NCBI GenBank assembly: GCA_016937995.1
Contig: JAFGVM010000008.1
Location: 1-52,251, forward strand
DNA: 52,251 bases
From: Candidatus Delongbacteria bacterium
GTDB taxonomy: Bacteria; UBA4055
Direction of reading: 5' to 3'
Shown: one piece after another, positions 1-8,548 of the stretch
How the letters are laid out: each line of letters begins with the position of its first letter
How positions within the stretch are numbered: position 1 is the first letter of the stretch
The notes under the pieces: model-generated
What the model saw: only the letters and a program-made list of their open reading frames with translations
Databases searched by the model: none
What the model was told of the DNA's origin: nothing
Translations under genes and position numbers: made by a program

Positions 1-2201
1 ACAGACCTCATCTTTTTACCGTGAGCTAAAACCCTGTGCCCTTTGATGATCAGTCCGTTGCAGCTGATACCGTCAATAATTGCGTCAGTGACCGAACCTG
101 TAAAGAAATTCTTTATGCCCCATTCTCCGCTGGCTCCTAGAATAACAAGATCATAACCTTTTGATTCTTTTATGACAGCCGAAACTATCGATCTGCTTTT
201 TGATATTTTTGCCTGACCCAGGATATCAAGATCGCTGATACCGTTTTCGAGAACGGTCATCATTTCTTTTACCTCTTCCGCCGTAGCATCCGTATCGGCA
301 ATTCTTAAAAATGTAACTTCAACTTCAGTATCTGCCGTGATCCGCTTAATTATCTCTATCGTTATCTGAGAATGGTAACCGCCTCCGTAGGGATACAGTA
401 TCCGTTTGATCTTTTTTTCATTTCTAAGCTTTAAAATCGCCACATTTCTCGGAATGATCTCGAGAGCTTTGCAGGCTATACCTCCGAGCATTTTTTTTGA
501 GAGCTGTGATCTGTTCCAGCCGAGTATTACAAGATCCGCATCAACTTCATCCGCAGCTGTTTTTATGGCATGTGCAATATCCCTTGATACAACGGCAACC
601 GGCTCAACAAGGCACTCACAGTTCTTGTTATATTTCTTCACCTCATTTATTACTTCCTCATATTTTGTCATTTCCGATTTTGACTGATCATACTGCGTAT
701 TTAATGGAATTATATCAGGCAGGTTGACAACATGAAGAGGAATAAGTTTTCCCTGTTTTGAAGCGGCAATCTTCCCGCCGAGCTCCAGCAGATATTTTGT
801 CGTTTTCGGACTGGCAATGGGAACAAGAACATTGTAGGTGTCTTCTGAAACAGTATCATCTACTTCTTTAAACTGAAAATCGGGTATGATCTGTGTGGTT
901 ATTCCCTGAGGAGCTTTTTTTAATACAGGCAGAACAACGAGATAATAAACTATCCCGCAAGCAATGAAGATCAAAGCAGCTATTAAGGCAGTTAAGTTTG
1001 TCTTTAGGAGGAGAGCTACTAGAAAGAGGTTTATTATTATTCCGAGAATAGGGGTTATCGGGTAAAATGGTGCCTTAAAAGCTCTTTTTTTATCAGGCAA
1101 TTTCTTTCTGAAAATGATAAGGGCAACATTGACAAGGCTGTATCCTGTTAAAGCAAAAATACTTGTCACAGTAGAAATATTTTCAAGATTTTTCAGAGCT
1201 GTAGCGATAACTACAATTCCTGCCACCGATAATATCGAAAATACAGGAGTTTTGGTTTTTTTATTTATGTTCTTGAACACTGATGGAAGTTTTCTGTCTC
1301 TCGCCATTGCGAACGATGTTCTTGAGCCGGCCATCATAGCTGTATTAATGGATGAAACGGTCGCAAGTATGCCTGCCGTTGCAAAAATATATCCGCCAGC
1401 TCTTCCGGCAATTTTTATCGAAGTATCGATCAGGGGGGTGCTTGTAACTGAAGGGATAAGGTCATTCCAGTTCATAACTGATGTGCCTATGAAAAACACA
1501 AGTGTTTTGATCACGATCACCAGTATAAGCGAAAACATTATTGCTCTCGGGATAGTTTTCTCAGAATTTATTACCTCTTCGCTGGCAGTCGTTATCAGAC
1601 CATAGCCTATGTATGTCATATACAAAAATCCCATGGCACCCAGCATTCCCGACATTTCTTTTGTAAAAAACGGCCGCTGATTTGACATTTCGGAGTAGAA
1701 AATTCCGTAGATTATGTATGAAATCAGGATTGCGAGAAGGATTGTAGTGATAATATTCTGAAGATTTCCTGAATGTTTCATTCCTTTTATGTTTGTATAG
1801 GTAATATATATTATAAGACCGTAAGCACCTACAGTCTGAGGTATGAACGGTATAATGTAATTAAGAAAAGTGCCGAATCCCAGAGCAAAAAGACCGCACG
1901 ACATTGAGTACCCGATCCAGAAACCCCAGCCCGTTACGAAAGCGAGAATTCCGTCGCCTGTAGCTTCTCTAACATAAGCATAACCGCCTCCTGCAGTAGG
2001 AATGATCGTAACAAGTTCTGCGAACGAAAATGCAGTAAGCATCGCCGCAATACCGGCAAGGAAGATCGCAAGAGAGGAACTCGGTCCTGCAGCCTCGAAA
2101 CTCGTTCCGGCAAGAACAAATATAGCGGAACCGATCATTGTTCCTGCACTTATGTTCACCGCTGAAAAGAAACCTAGTGTTCTGTCAAGTTTCTGCCTCA
2201 A
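1..2201 (-). CDS. APC-family amino acid/polyamine permease with C-terminal universal stress protein (USP)-like domains; 3' end runs off the window
   Basis: Not in the ORF track (open at the edge). Manual translation from TTG at 2201 (RBS AAGAGGAG upstream) gives MRQKLDRTLGFFSAVNISAGTMIGSAIFVLAG...FAELVTIIPTAGGGYAYV...ASEEV..SEKTIPRAI...GSRTSFAMARD (APC motifs). It continues into soluble NVLVPIAS...ADLVILGW and RILYPYGGG...YDLVILGAS...FTGSVTD, typical of tandem USP folds. Confidence 0.88.
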   Translation of the reverse strand, partial: MRQKLDRTLGFFSAVNISAGTMIGSAIFVLAGTSFEAAGPSSSLAIFLAGIAAMLTAFSFAELVTIIPTAGGGYAYVREATGDGILAFVTGWGFWIGYSMSCGLFALGFGTFLNYIIPFIPQTVGAYGLIIYITYTNIKGMKHSGNLQNIITTILLAILISYIIYGIFYSEMSNQRPFFTKEMSGMLGAMGFLYMTYIGYGLITTASEEVINSEKTIPRAIMFSLILVIVIKTLVFFIGTSVMNWNDLIPSVTSTPLIDTSIKIAGRAGGYIFATAGILATVSSINTAMMAGSRTSFAMARDRKLPSVFKNINKKTKTPVFSILSVAGIVVIATALKNLENISTVTSIFALTGYSLVNVALIIFRKKLPDKKRAFKAPFYPITPILGIIINLFLVALLLKTNLTALIAALIFIACGIVYYLVVLPVLKKAPQGITTQIIPDFQFKEVDDTVSEDTYNVLVPIASPKTTKYLLELGGKIAASKQGKLIPLHVVNLPDIIPLNTQYDQSKSEMTKYEEVINEVKKYNKNCECLVEPVAVVSRDIAHAIKTAADEVDADLVILGWNRSQLSKKMLGGIACKALEIIPRNVAILKLRNEKKIKRILYPYGGGYHSQITIEIIKRITADTEVEVTFLRIADTDATAEEVKEMMTVLENGISDLDILGQAKISKSRSIVSAVIKESKGYDLVILGASGEWGIKNFFTGSVTDAIIDGISCNGLIIKGHRVLAHGKKMRS

Positions 2202-2226
2202 AATCCGCTCCTCTTGTTAACAAAGA

Positions 2227-2255
2227 ATTATAAGGATTGCGGTAATTTTTTTCAA
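2227..2255 (-). promoter_or_regulatory. sigma70-type promoter for the APC permease
   Basis: Minus strand reads TTGAAA-N17-TATAAT, ending ~25 nt upstream of the TTG start. Confidence 0.7.
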
Positions 2256-2420
2256 CTAAAAAAAAACAGGTCGGTTTTCCGATCAGACCAATCGCGAATT
2301 ATTGAAACAATTATTTCATTTTATGCATCCGGATATCAAATTGCACTTTCCTTTTGTTTTGTAAAACGAATATATAAGTATTATATTGCTTTTATTATTA
2401 ACGATCGCAGATAACACCAT

Positions 2421-5204
2421 ATGAAAACATCAGAACACGCAGACAGGACCGAGAAGCTGGTCGGTATCAGAGCTGAGGATATCCACAAATGGATAGACGG
2501 GTTCTTTGATTTTGACGGATTTGAAGATTTCCTTCGTTCAGAGAAACTTACCGGTTATGATCCATATGACCATAGAAAATTCAGGCATTGTATTGAAGCT
2601 TTGGATGAAGCATACCAAACTTTTGCGGATAAATACACCAAAGAGCAGATAAAAGCTGTCTTTGAATCACATATCAAGGATGATTACAACGGATATATTC
2701 CCCACAGAGAAGATTTTGAGAACGGTACTTTCACTGAGCATTACCATGAAAATGATGGCAGGGAAGAAAGTGAATCGATCCTGAGTGAAACTGAACTTTC
2801 GGATTATTTCAAAGGTAAATTCTATACTCAGAGTAAGAAAAAGAATAAAAAAATTACTACCGGTTTTCAGTTAAGGATCGTTCTACCGACAATTCTGGCT
2901 ATAATTTTATTCGTATCGTCAGTTTTTACAGTGATACTACCGGTTTTCAGAAGCAATATGCTCGAAAGAAAGAAAGAAATGATCAAAGAACTTACTGCAG
3001 CCGCTATAAGTGTCATTGAATTTAACATCGACTTGGAAAAGAAAGGAACTCTTACGAGAGAGGAAGCTCAGAATAAATCGATCATTGAAATAGAAGCCAT
3101 GAGATATGGTGATGAGAACAAAGATTATTTCTGGATCACTGATATGTACCCGAGAATGGTAATGCATCCCTATAGAACTGATTTGAAGGGACAGGATCTT
3201 TCAGATTTTAAAGATGTCATGAACAAGAGTGGAAAATATCTCTTTGTTGAGTTCGTAAAGATCGTAAAAGCTCAAAAAGAGGGATATGTAGAATATCTCT
3301 GGCAGTGGAAAGATGATGAGAGCAGGGTCGTTCCAAAGCTTTCTTTCGTTAAAGGTATTCCTGAATGGGAATGGATCATCGGTACAGGTGTATATATTAA
3401 TGATGTAGAAGATGAGATAGCACTTCTTTCAAAAAATATAACGATAATATTTTCATTCATTGCCGGACTTTTAATACTGATATTGACCTATGTGATCTTC
3501 CAGAGCAGGAGAATAAACAACGATCTTCTAAAAGCTGATGCGGGTCTTATTGAAGCTAAAGACAGGTATAAAGCATTAGTAGAAGCATCAAATGAAGGTC
3601 ATATACTTGAAGTCGAAGGTGAAAATGTCTATTCAAATTTCACTTTGCAGAAAATGCTCGGATACAGCGGAAAAGAGATATCCTCTATGAAAACAGTGGA
3701 TCTTTTAGTCCCGGATTCCAAAGTAAATGAAGAAGGTCTGAATCATCTGAAGAAACTTTCTTCAGGGAAAACTATGTCAGGTGAATTTGAAGCTCAGGTA
3801 TTAACAAAGACCGGAGAGATCCTGGATGTAGTCATCACAACTGCAAGGATATTCTTTCTGAAAAAGAAAGGTCATGTGATCTCAGTCAGAAAAATATTGA
3901 GAAAGAAATCCAATGATATGATGATCTCCTACAGTGGAAACCAATATAATCCCGGAAGTATTTTTGCAACAAAGAAGGTCAAAGATATCTGTAGAAAAAC
4001 CACCGAAGAAGACAAGTCTGACACAGAGAAGATTTCATCAGAAACACCGGTATTTGAAGCTCTCGAAGTAATGAAGAATTCTGAAAGAGACAATCTAAAT
4101 GTTATTGATGAAAACGGAAAGATCATCGGAATTGTAGGCTATTATGACATCGCAATGATGTACTCTGGATTGCCTACAGGAATGCTTTTTGAAATTGAGA
4201 ACAGTGAAAATGTAGGTCATGTTATAAGAACTCTCAATAGATTACCGGACCTTATCAAGGAAATGACAGCACAGGGGATAAGATCTGACACTCTCCGGGA
4301 AACTATAAGTAAGATGTATACTGCTGCAATTAAGTTATTTATAAAAATATCTTTAGAAGAATCAGGAGAACCTCCAGTTAAATTTGCATTTCTTTCTCTC
4401 GGAAGTACAGCAAGACAGGAAATGACAATGTTCTCCGATCAGGATAATGCACTGATATTTGAAGATACACAGGATATAGATAAAGCTAAAAAATATTTCA
4501 TCAGGTTTGCCGATAAAGTATGTACAAAGCTGAATAAAGCAGGTTACCCGTTCTGTCCGGGTGGAATTATGGCAGTAAACCCAAAATGGTGCCTGTCATT
4601 GACAGAATGGAAAGATAATTTCACCGAATGGATCGAAAATGCAACACCGGAATCGATCTTAGAGATCAATGTCTTCTTTGATATTCGTTGTGACTACGGA
4701 GAAGAAAAATTAGTTACGGATCTTCAGGATCATATCAAAGAAAAAACAGAGCAGAACCCGGCATTTTTCATAAATTTTGCCCAGAATTGTCTAAGATACA
4801 GAGAACCTTTGAATCTTCTCGGAAGGATCAAAGCCGAAAGCAAAGATGGAGCTAAAACTTTCAATATTAAGGATAATTTGATCCCGATAGTAAATTTTGG
4901 CAGATTATATGCGCTGAAGAACCATGTAACCGAACCGAGTACGGTCAAAAGATTACATGCTCTTTATGAAAAAGATATTCTAAAGGATAAGGAATATCAT
5001 GAAATAGTGTATGTATTCAATCATTTATGGCATTTAAGATTTTATAATCAGATAATATCTCATTCAGAGTTGAAAAAAGCAGATAACGAGCTTGATCTTG
5101 AGCAGTTAACAGATATTGAGAGATTGAATTTAAGGAATGTGCTGGCGGAGATATCGAATTTCCAGGCAAGGATCAGTAGCGATTTTCTGGATGGAACAAT
5201 GTAG
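2421..5204 (+). CDS. Membrane signal-transduction protein: N-terminal His-rich domain, TM, Cache sensor, TM, PAS, CBS, DUF294 nucleotidyltransferase and substrate-binding domain
   Basis: Cache: YFWITDMYPRMVMHP...GYVEYLWQW...PKLSFVK..PEWEWIIGTGVY. Two TM helices flank it. PAS: RYKALVEASNEG...N..LQKMLGYS. CBS: ETPVFEALEVM...VIDENGKIIGIV. NTase motif LGSTARQEMTMFSDQDNALI and GYPFCPGGIMAVNPKW. Confidence 0.85.
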   Translation: MKTSEHADRTEKLVGIRAEDIHKWIDGFFDFDGFEDFLRSEKLTGYDPYDHRKFRHCIEALDEAYQTFADKYTKEQIKAVFESHIKDDYNGYIPHREDFENGTFTEHYHENDGREESESILSETELSDYFKGKFYTQSKKKNKKITTGFQLRIVLPTILAIILFVSSVFTVILPVFRSNMLERKKEMIKELTAAAISVIEFNIDLEKKGTLTREEAQNKSIIEIEAMRYGDENKDYFWITDMYPRMVMHPYRTDLKGQDLSDFKDVMNKSGKYLFVEFVKIVKAQKEGYVEYLWQWKDDESRVVPKLSFVKGIPEWEWIIGTGVYINDVEDEIALLSKNITIIFSFIAGLLILILTYVIFQSRRINNDLLKADAGLIEAKDRYKALVEASNEGHILEVEGENVYSNFTLQKMLGYSGKEISSMKTVDLLVPDSKVNEEGLNHLKKLSSGKTMSGEFEAQVLTKTGEILDVVITTARIFFLKKKGHVISVRKILRKKSNDMMISYSGNQYNPGSIFATKKVKDICRKTTEEDKSDTEKISSETPVFEALEVMKNSERDNLNVIDENGKIIGIVGYYDIAMMYSGLPTGMLFEIENSENVGHVIRTLNRLPDLIKEMTAQGIRSDTLRETISKMYTAAIKLFIKISLEESGEPPVKFAFLSLGSTARQEMTMFSDQDNALIFEDTQDIDKAKKYFIRFADKVCTKLNKAGYPFCPGGIMAVNPKWCLSLTEWKDNFTEWIENATPESILEINVFFDIRCDYGEEKLVTDLQDHIKEKTEQNPAFFINFAQNCLRYREPLNLLGRIKAESKDGAKTFNIKDNLIPIVNFGRLYALKNHVTEPSTVKRLHALYEKDILKDKEYHEIVYVFNHLWHLRFYNQIISHSELKKADNELDLEQLTDIERLNLRNVLAEISNFQARISSDFLDGTM

Positions 5205-5410
5205 CGGCGTAATTTATTACGCCTGGAACATCCAACATACAACATCCCGATAAATCGGGACAGGCAGGAATGTTCAATTTACAAGGATTCAGTACAGACG
5301 CGATTTATCACGTCTAACCACACACACGAAAAATTTTTTTTACAGGAAGATGGGAAGATAAGGAAGAATGTAGGGGTTTAAAATATGTAACACGACACCA
5401 TTTCCCCTAC
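5201..5410 (+). repeat. Cluster of REP-like palindromes
   Basis: GTAGC-GGCGTAAT-TT-ATTACGCC (5201-5223), TCCCGAT-AA-ATCGGGA (5245-5260), GTAC-AGACGCGAT-TT-ATCACGTCT (5292-5315) and GTAGGGG...CCCCTAC (5370-5410). Related copies occur at 12075 and 34405. Confidence 0.7.
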
Positions 5411-5551
5411 CTATTTTATTTGTTAAAATCGTATTTTTATATTATATTATAATCCCTAAGCATATTTAAATTGGTCAATCAAAAAAAATAAATTGAACGA
5501 AAACAGCAAAATTTTCGTTTACACTGAAATAAAAGAATACTTGGAGATAGT

Positions 5552-5794
5552 ATGGACAGAGATAAATTATCAGTACTAGCTATAAGTGACAGCGGATTCA
5601 TTTTTGATCCGGTGACAGGTCATTCATATACTGCAAATGCAACAGGATTAAGAATTTTTGAATTACTTAAAGAAGATAAGTCAGAAGATGAGATAAAAAG
5701 TATTCTGATGGAAGAATTTGAAACAACAGAAGATGAAGTCAGTGTAGATGTGGATGATTTTATTGAGAATTTGAAAAAATATTTTCTCGTGTAA
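5552..5794 (+). CDS. Stand-alone PqqD-family / RiPP recognition element (RRE) protein
   Basis: 80 aa with three short strands then three helices: GFIFDPVTGHSYTANATGLRIFELL...EDEIKSILMEEFET..DEVSVDVDDFIENLKKYFLV, the PqqD pattern. RBS GGAG. Confidence 0.85.
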   Translation: MDRDKLSVLAISDSGFIFDPVTGHSYTANATGLRIFELLKEDKSEDEIKSILMEEFETTEDEVSVDVDDFIENLKKYFLV

Positions 5795-5805
5795 GAAAAT
5801 ATTTT

Positions 5806-5964
5806 TAGTGGTAAGTGATAAGTGGCAAGTGGTCAGTTCGTATGGGCACAATATATTGTGCCCATACGAACCACAACAAACATGAATGTAGGGAACGCCT
5901 AACAGCCGTTCCCATAAATGCAAAAAAAGATTGCCACGGATTGTTCACCAATCCTCGCAATGAC
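5806..5964 (+). repeat. Intergenic repeat cassette: heptamer tandem, 36-bp perfect palindrome, GTAG-REP, GATTGC...GCAATGAC element
   Basis: TAGTGGT/AAGTGAT/AAGTGGC/AAGTGGT (from 5806); GTTCGTATGGGCACAATA|TATTGTGCCCATACGAAC (5836-5871); GTAGGGAACG...CGTTCCC (5888-5913); GATTGCCACGGATT..AATCCTCGCAATGAC (5929-5964). Confidence 0.85.
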
Positions 5965-5976
5965 ATAGGAAAAAGT

Positions 5977-7014
5977 ATGAAAATAGTCGTAGCAGTCAGC
6001 GGTATTAACGCAGTGGACAACCCGGGTCCGGGAACAGGGATCTGCAAAGCATTGAAAGAAAGTGATCTTGATATAAGAACTATCGGATTGGCTTATGATG
6101 CTATGGAACCCGGCGTTTACATGGACAACATTATTGATAAAAGTTATATCATGCCATATCCATCCGGCAGTAGAGAAGCTTTTATCGAAAGGATCAAGCA
6201 TATACATTCAGTAGAAAAAATAGATGTTATAATATCAGCTTTAGACGCAGAATTACCAATCTATATGGATATAGAACCGGTCCTTCAGGAACTTGGAATA
6301 AAGATGCTGATCCCTACAAAGGAAATGTTCAAAACAAGGGATAAGCTGAGGCTGAAAGAATTGGCGGAAACGATCGGTGTAAAAGCTCCCGAATACAGAA
6401 GCTGTACTTCTATCAGAGATCTTCATGATTCAACAGAGAATGTCGGATTTCCATGCATGGTAAAAGGTCCGTTCTACGAAGCTTTCAAAGCAAATAATAT
6501 CTCTGAAGCGGAAGGTTACTTCCATAAGATAGCAATGGCATGGGGCTATCCGATCATCGTACAAAAATTCATTACAGGTGATGAGTATGATGTCATCGGT
6601 TGCGGAGACGGGAAAGGGAACGATATAGGTGTTTTTGCGATCAGGAAAATGACGATCACAAAACTCGGAAAGGTCTGGAATGCGGTTAGCATAAAGAATG
6701 AAAAGCTCATCGAAGCAACAAGGAAGGTAGTTAAAGGTCTTTCCTGGAGAGGTGGATTTGAGTTTGAAGTTCTGGTCGAAAGTTCATCGCAGGATATTTA
6801 TGTACTTGAGATTAATCCAAGATTTCCCGCATGGGTTTATTTTGCAGCGGGATGCGGTATAAATCTTCCAGAGAGAATGGTGAAACTTCTGCTGAATAAG
6901 GAGTATGAAACAAATTCAAATTACGACAGTGGAAAATTAATGATAAGATTCACAAATGAAATGATCAAAGATATAAAGGATTTTGAACAAATATCGACAA
7001 CAGGGGAAACATAA
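5977..7014 (+). CDS. ATP-grasp ligase (carbamoyl-phosphate-synthase-like); true start at 5977, not 5815
   Basis: Start MKIVVAVSGINAVDNPGPG preceded by AGGA. ATP-grasp motifs RDKL, GFPCMVKG, IIVQKFITGDEY, FEFE and VLEINPRFP. The upstream 54 in-frame codons consist of repeat DNA. Confidence 0.88.
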   Translation: MKIVVAVSGINAVDNPGPGTGICKALKESDLDIRTIGLAYDAMEPGVYMDNIIDKSYIMPYPSGSREAFIERIKHIHSVEKIDVIISALDAELPIYMDIEPVLQELGIKMLIPTKEMFKTRDKLRLKELAETIGVKAPEYRSCTSIRDLHDSTENVGFPCMVKGPFYEAFKANNISEAEGYFHKIAMAWGYPIIVQKFITGDEYDVIGCGDGKGNDIGVFAIRKMTITKLGKVWNAVSIKNEKLIEATRKVVKGLSWRGGFEFEVLVESSSQDIYVLEINPRFPAWVYFAAGCGINLPERMVKLLLNKEYETNSNYDSGKLMIRFTNEMIKDIKDFEQISTTGET

Positions 7015-7017
7015 AGA

Positions 7018-7172
7018 TAGGGGTTAGGGATTAGGGGTTAGGGGTTCGTAGAGACGTTGCCCTGCAACGTCTCACAACACACCACGACCAATAATCCCGT
7101 AGGGGCATTATTTATAACGCCCGAAAAACGAAAAAAAAGATTGCCACGGATTTTAAAAATCCTCGCAATGAC
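7018..7172 (+). repeat. Intergenic repeat cassette: (TAGGGGT)4 heptamers, two GTAG-REPs, GATTGC...GCAATGAC element
   Basis: TAGGGGT-TAGGGAT-TAGGGGT-TAGGGGT (7018-7045); GTAGAGACGTTGC..GCAACGTCTC (7048-7073); GTAGGGGCATTAT..ATAACGCCC (7099-7122); GATTGCCACGGATTTTAAAAATCCTCGCAATGAC (7139-7172). Confidence 0.85.
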
Positions 7173-7195
7173 AAACATAAAACACAGGTGACATT

Positions 7196-8548
7196 ATGAA
7201 AAAAGAATATATTAAACCGTACATTAAGAAACAAACAGCCGGAATTATGAATAAATTCGGTGTTTCTTACAATAAAGGTCACAGAGAAGATATTTTAGGT
7301 ATTCCTATCGGGAATTTCACCGATAAATTCGGATCCCCCGTCTTCGTTCTCAGTGAAAAGCTGATCAGAGAAAGATATAGAAAAATATATTCGCACTTTT
7401 CAAGTAAATATCCCAAAGCAAAAATGTCATGGTCGTATAAGACCAATTATCTCGATGCCGTTTGTTCAATAATGCATCAGGAAGGGGAAACTGCAGAAGT
7501 AGTTTCAGACTTTGAATATCAGAAAGCGAGAAGACTGGGAGTTCCAGGGAATAAGATAATTTATAACGGTCCATATAAACCGATAGAATCTTTGAAAGTT
7601 GCTTTCCAAGAAGGAGCAATGGTCAACCTTGATAATTTTGATGAACTTATAAAAGCAGAAGATGCCGCAAAGAGTATTAATAAAAAAGTTCCCGTCGGTA
7701 TCAGAGTGAATATGGACACCGGAGTATATCCTCAGTGGTCAAGATTCGGATTCAATATAGAAAATAACAGTGCATTCAATGCCGTAAAAAGGATCCAGCA
7801 CAGTGAAAATCTTTACTTAGAAGGAATTCATTGTCATATCGGAACTTTCATGCTTGATCCGAATGCGTACAGGGAAGCTGTGAAAAAAGTCGTTGCTCTG
7901 ATGAGAAAGATCGAAATTATGTTCAAAATAAATATCAAATATCTTGATTTCGGTGGAGGTTTTCCTTCAATGAATAAACTGAAAGGAACATATTTACCTC
8001 CTGAAGTTTCAGTTCCACCTGTTGAAGAATTCATTGATGCAGTGGCAGATACCTTATTAGAGGAACTTAAACCGGATGAATATCCTGATGTTTATTTAGA
8101 AACCGGTAGATCTATCATTGATGAAGCAGGCTGGTTGATAACTTCAGTTGATGCAGTGAAAAGGCTTCCCGACGGAACAAAAAGTTATATAATTGATGCA
8201 GGTGTAAATTTATTATATACTTCGACCTGGTACAATTATAAGGTCGAAATTGACAGAGAGCTTCACGGAGCTTATGAAAATTCAGTGATCTACGGACCTC
8301 TCTGCATGAACATTGATGTCGTTGTTGAAAGTGCATTTTTACCACCTTTACCAATAGGTACAAGGCTGATTTTATCTCCAATGGGAGCTTACAATGTTAC
8401 TCAGTGGATGCAATTTATAAGATACAGACCTGCTGTTGCAATGATAATGGAGGATGGTTCACTTGAGGAAATCAGAAGACCTGAAACTCTTGATGATGTG
8501 GTCGGACCTGAAAGAATACCAGAAAAATTAAAGAAGTTTGAGCTATAG
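7196..8548 (+). CDS. Fold-type III PLP-dependent decarboxylase-like enzyme (LysA/BtrK-like), substrate unknown
   Basis: PLP lysine in WSYKTNY; SRFG; HCHIGT; DFGGGF; ETGRS; GPLCMNID; MGAY. Lacks the Cys-Glu/Asp pair of true LysA/ODC, so no gene symbol is assigned. Confidence 0.85.
   Translation: MKKEYIKPYIKKQTAGIMNKFGVSYNKGHREDILGIPIGNFTDKFGSPVFVLSEKLIRERYRKIYSHFSSKYPKAKMSWSYKTNYLDAVCSIMHQEGETAEVVSDFEYQKARRLGVPGNKIIYNGPYKPIESLKVAFQEGAMVNLDNFDELIKAEDAAKSINKKVPVGIRVNMDTGVYPQWSRFGFNIENNSAFNAVKRIQHSENLYLEGIHCHIGTFMLDPNAYREAVKKVVALMRKIEIMFKINIKYLDFGGGFPSMNKLKGTYLPPEVSVPPVEEFIDAVADTLLEELKPDEYPDVYLETGRSIIDEAGWLITSVDAVKRLPDGTKSYIIDAGVNLLYTSTWYNYKVEIDRELHGAYENSVIYGPLCMNIDVVVESAFLPPLPIGTRLILSPMGAYNVTQWMQFIRYRPAVAMIMEDGSLEEIRRPETLDDVVGPERIPEKLKKFEL

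Noticed and set aside
406-2220. Short ORFs listed in the first 2.2 kb
   Set aside because: All overlap the long minus-strand APC-USP frame and lack independent signals.
2258-2290. Hairpin plus T-run upstream of the APC permease as a riboswitch or attenuator
   Set aside because: A consensus TTGAAA-N17-TATAAT promoter lies downstream of it on that strand, so it is probably outside the transcript. No aptamer consensus recognised.
5205-5551. Small precursor-peptide ORF upstream of the RRE gene
   Set aside because: The region is occupied by palindromes and a promoter-like AT tract, and I found no ORF with an RBS and leader-like sequence. A distant precursor cannot be excluded.
5815-5976. Cys/His-containing 54-aa N-terminal extension of the ATP-grasp ORF as a fused RiPP precursor
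   Set aside because: It is a chance read-through of heptamer, palindrome and GATTGC-element DNA that recurs non-coding elsewhere. A proper RBS and family-typical start lie at 5977.
7196-8548. Calling this gene lysA
   Set aside because: The substrate-binding Cys-Glu is replaced by Cys-Met, there is an extra N-terminal leader-like segment, and the context is not lysine biosynthesis.
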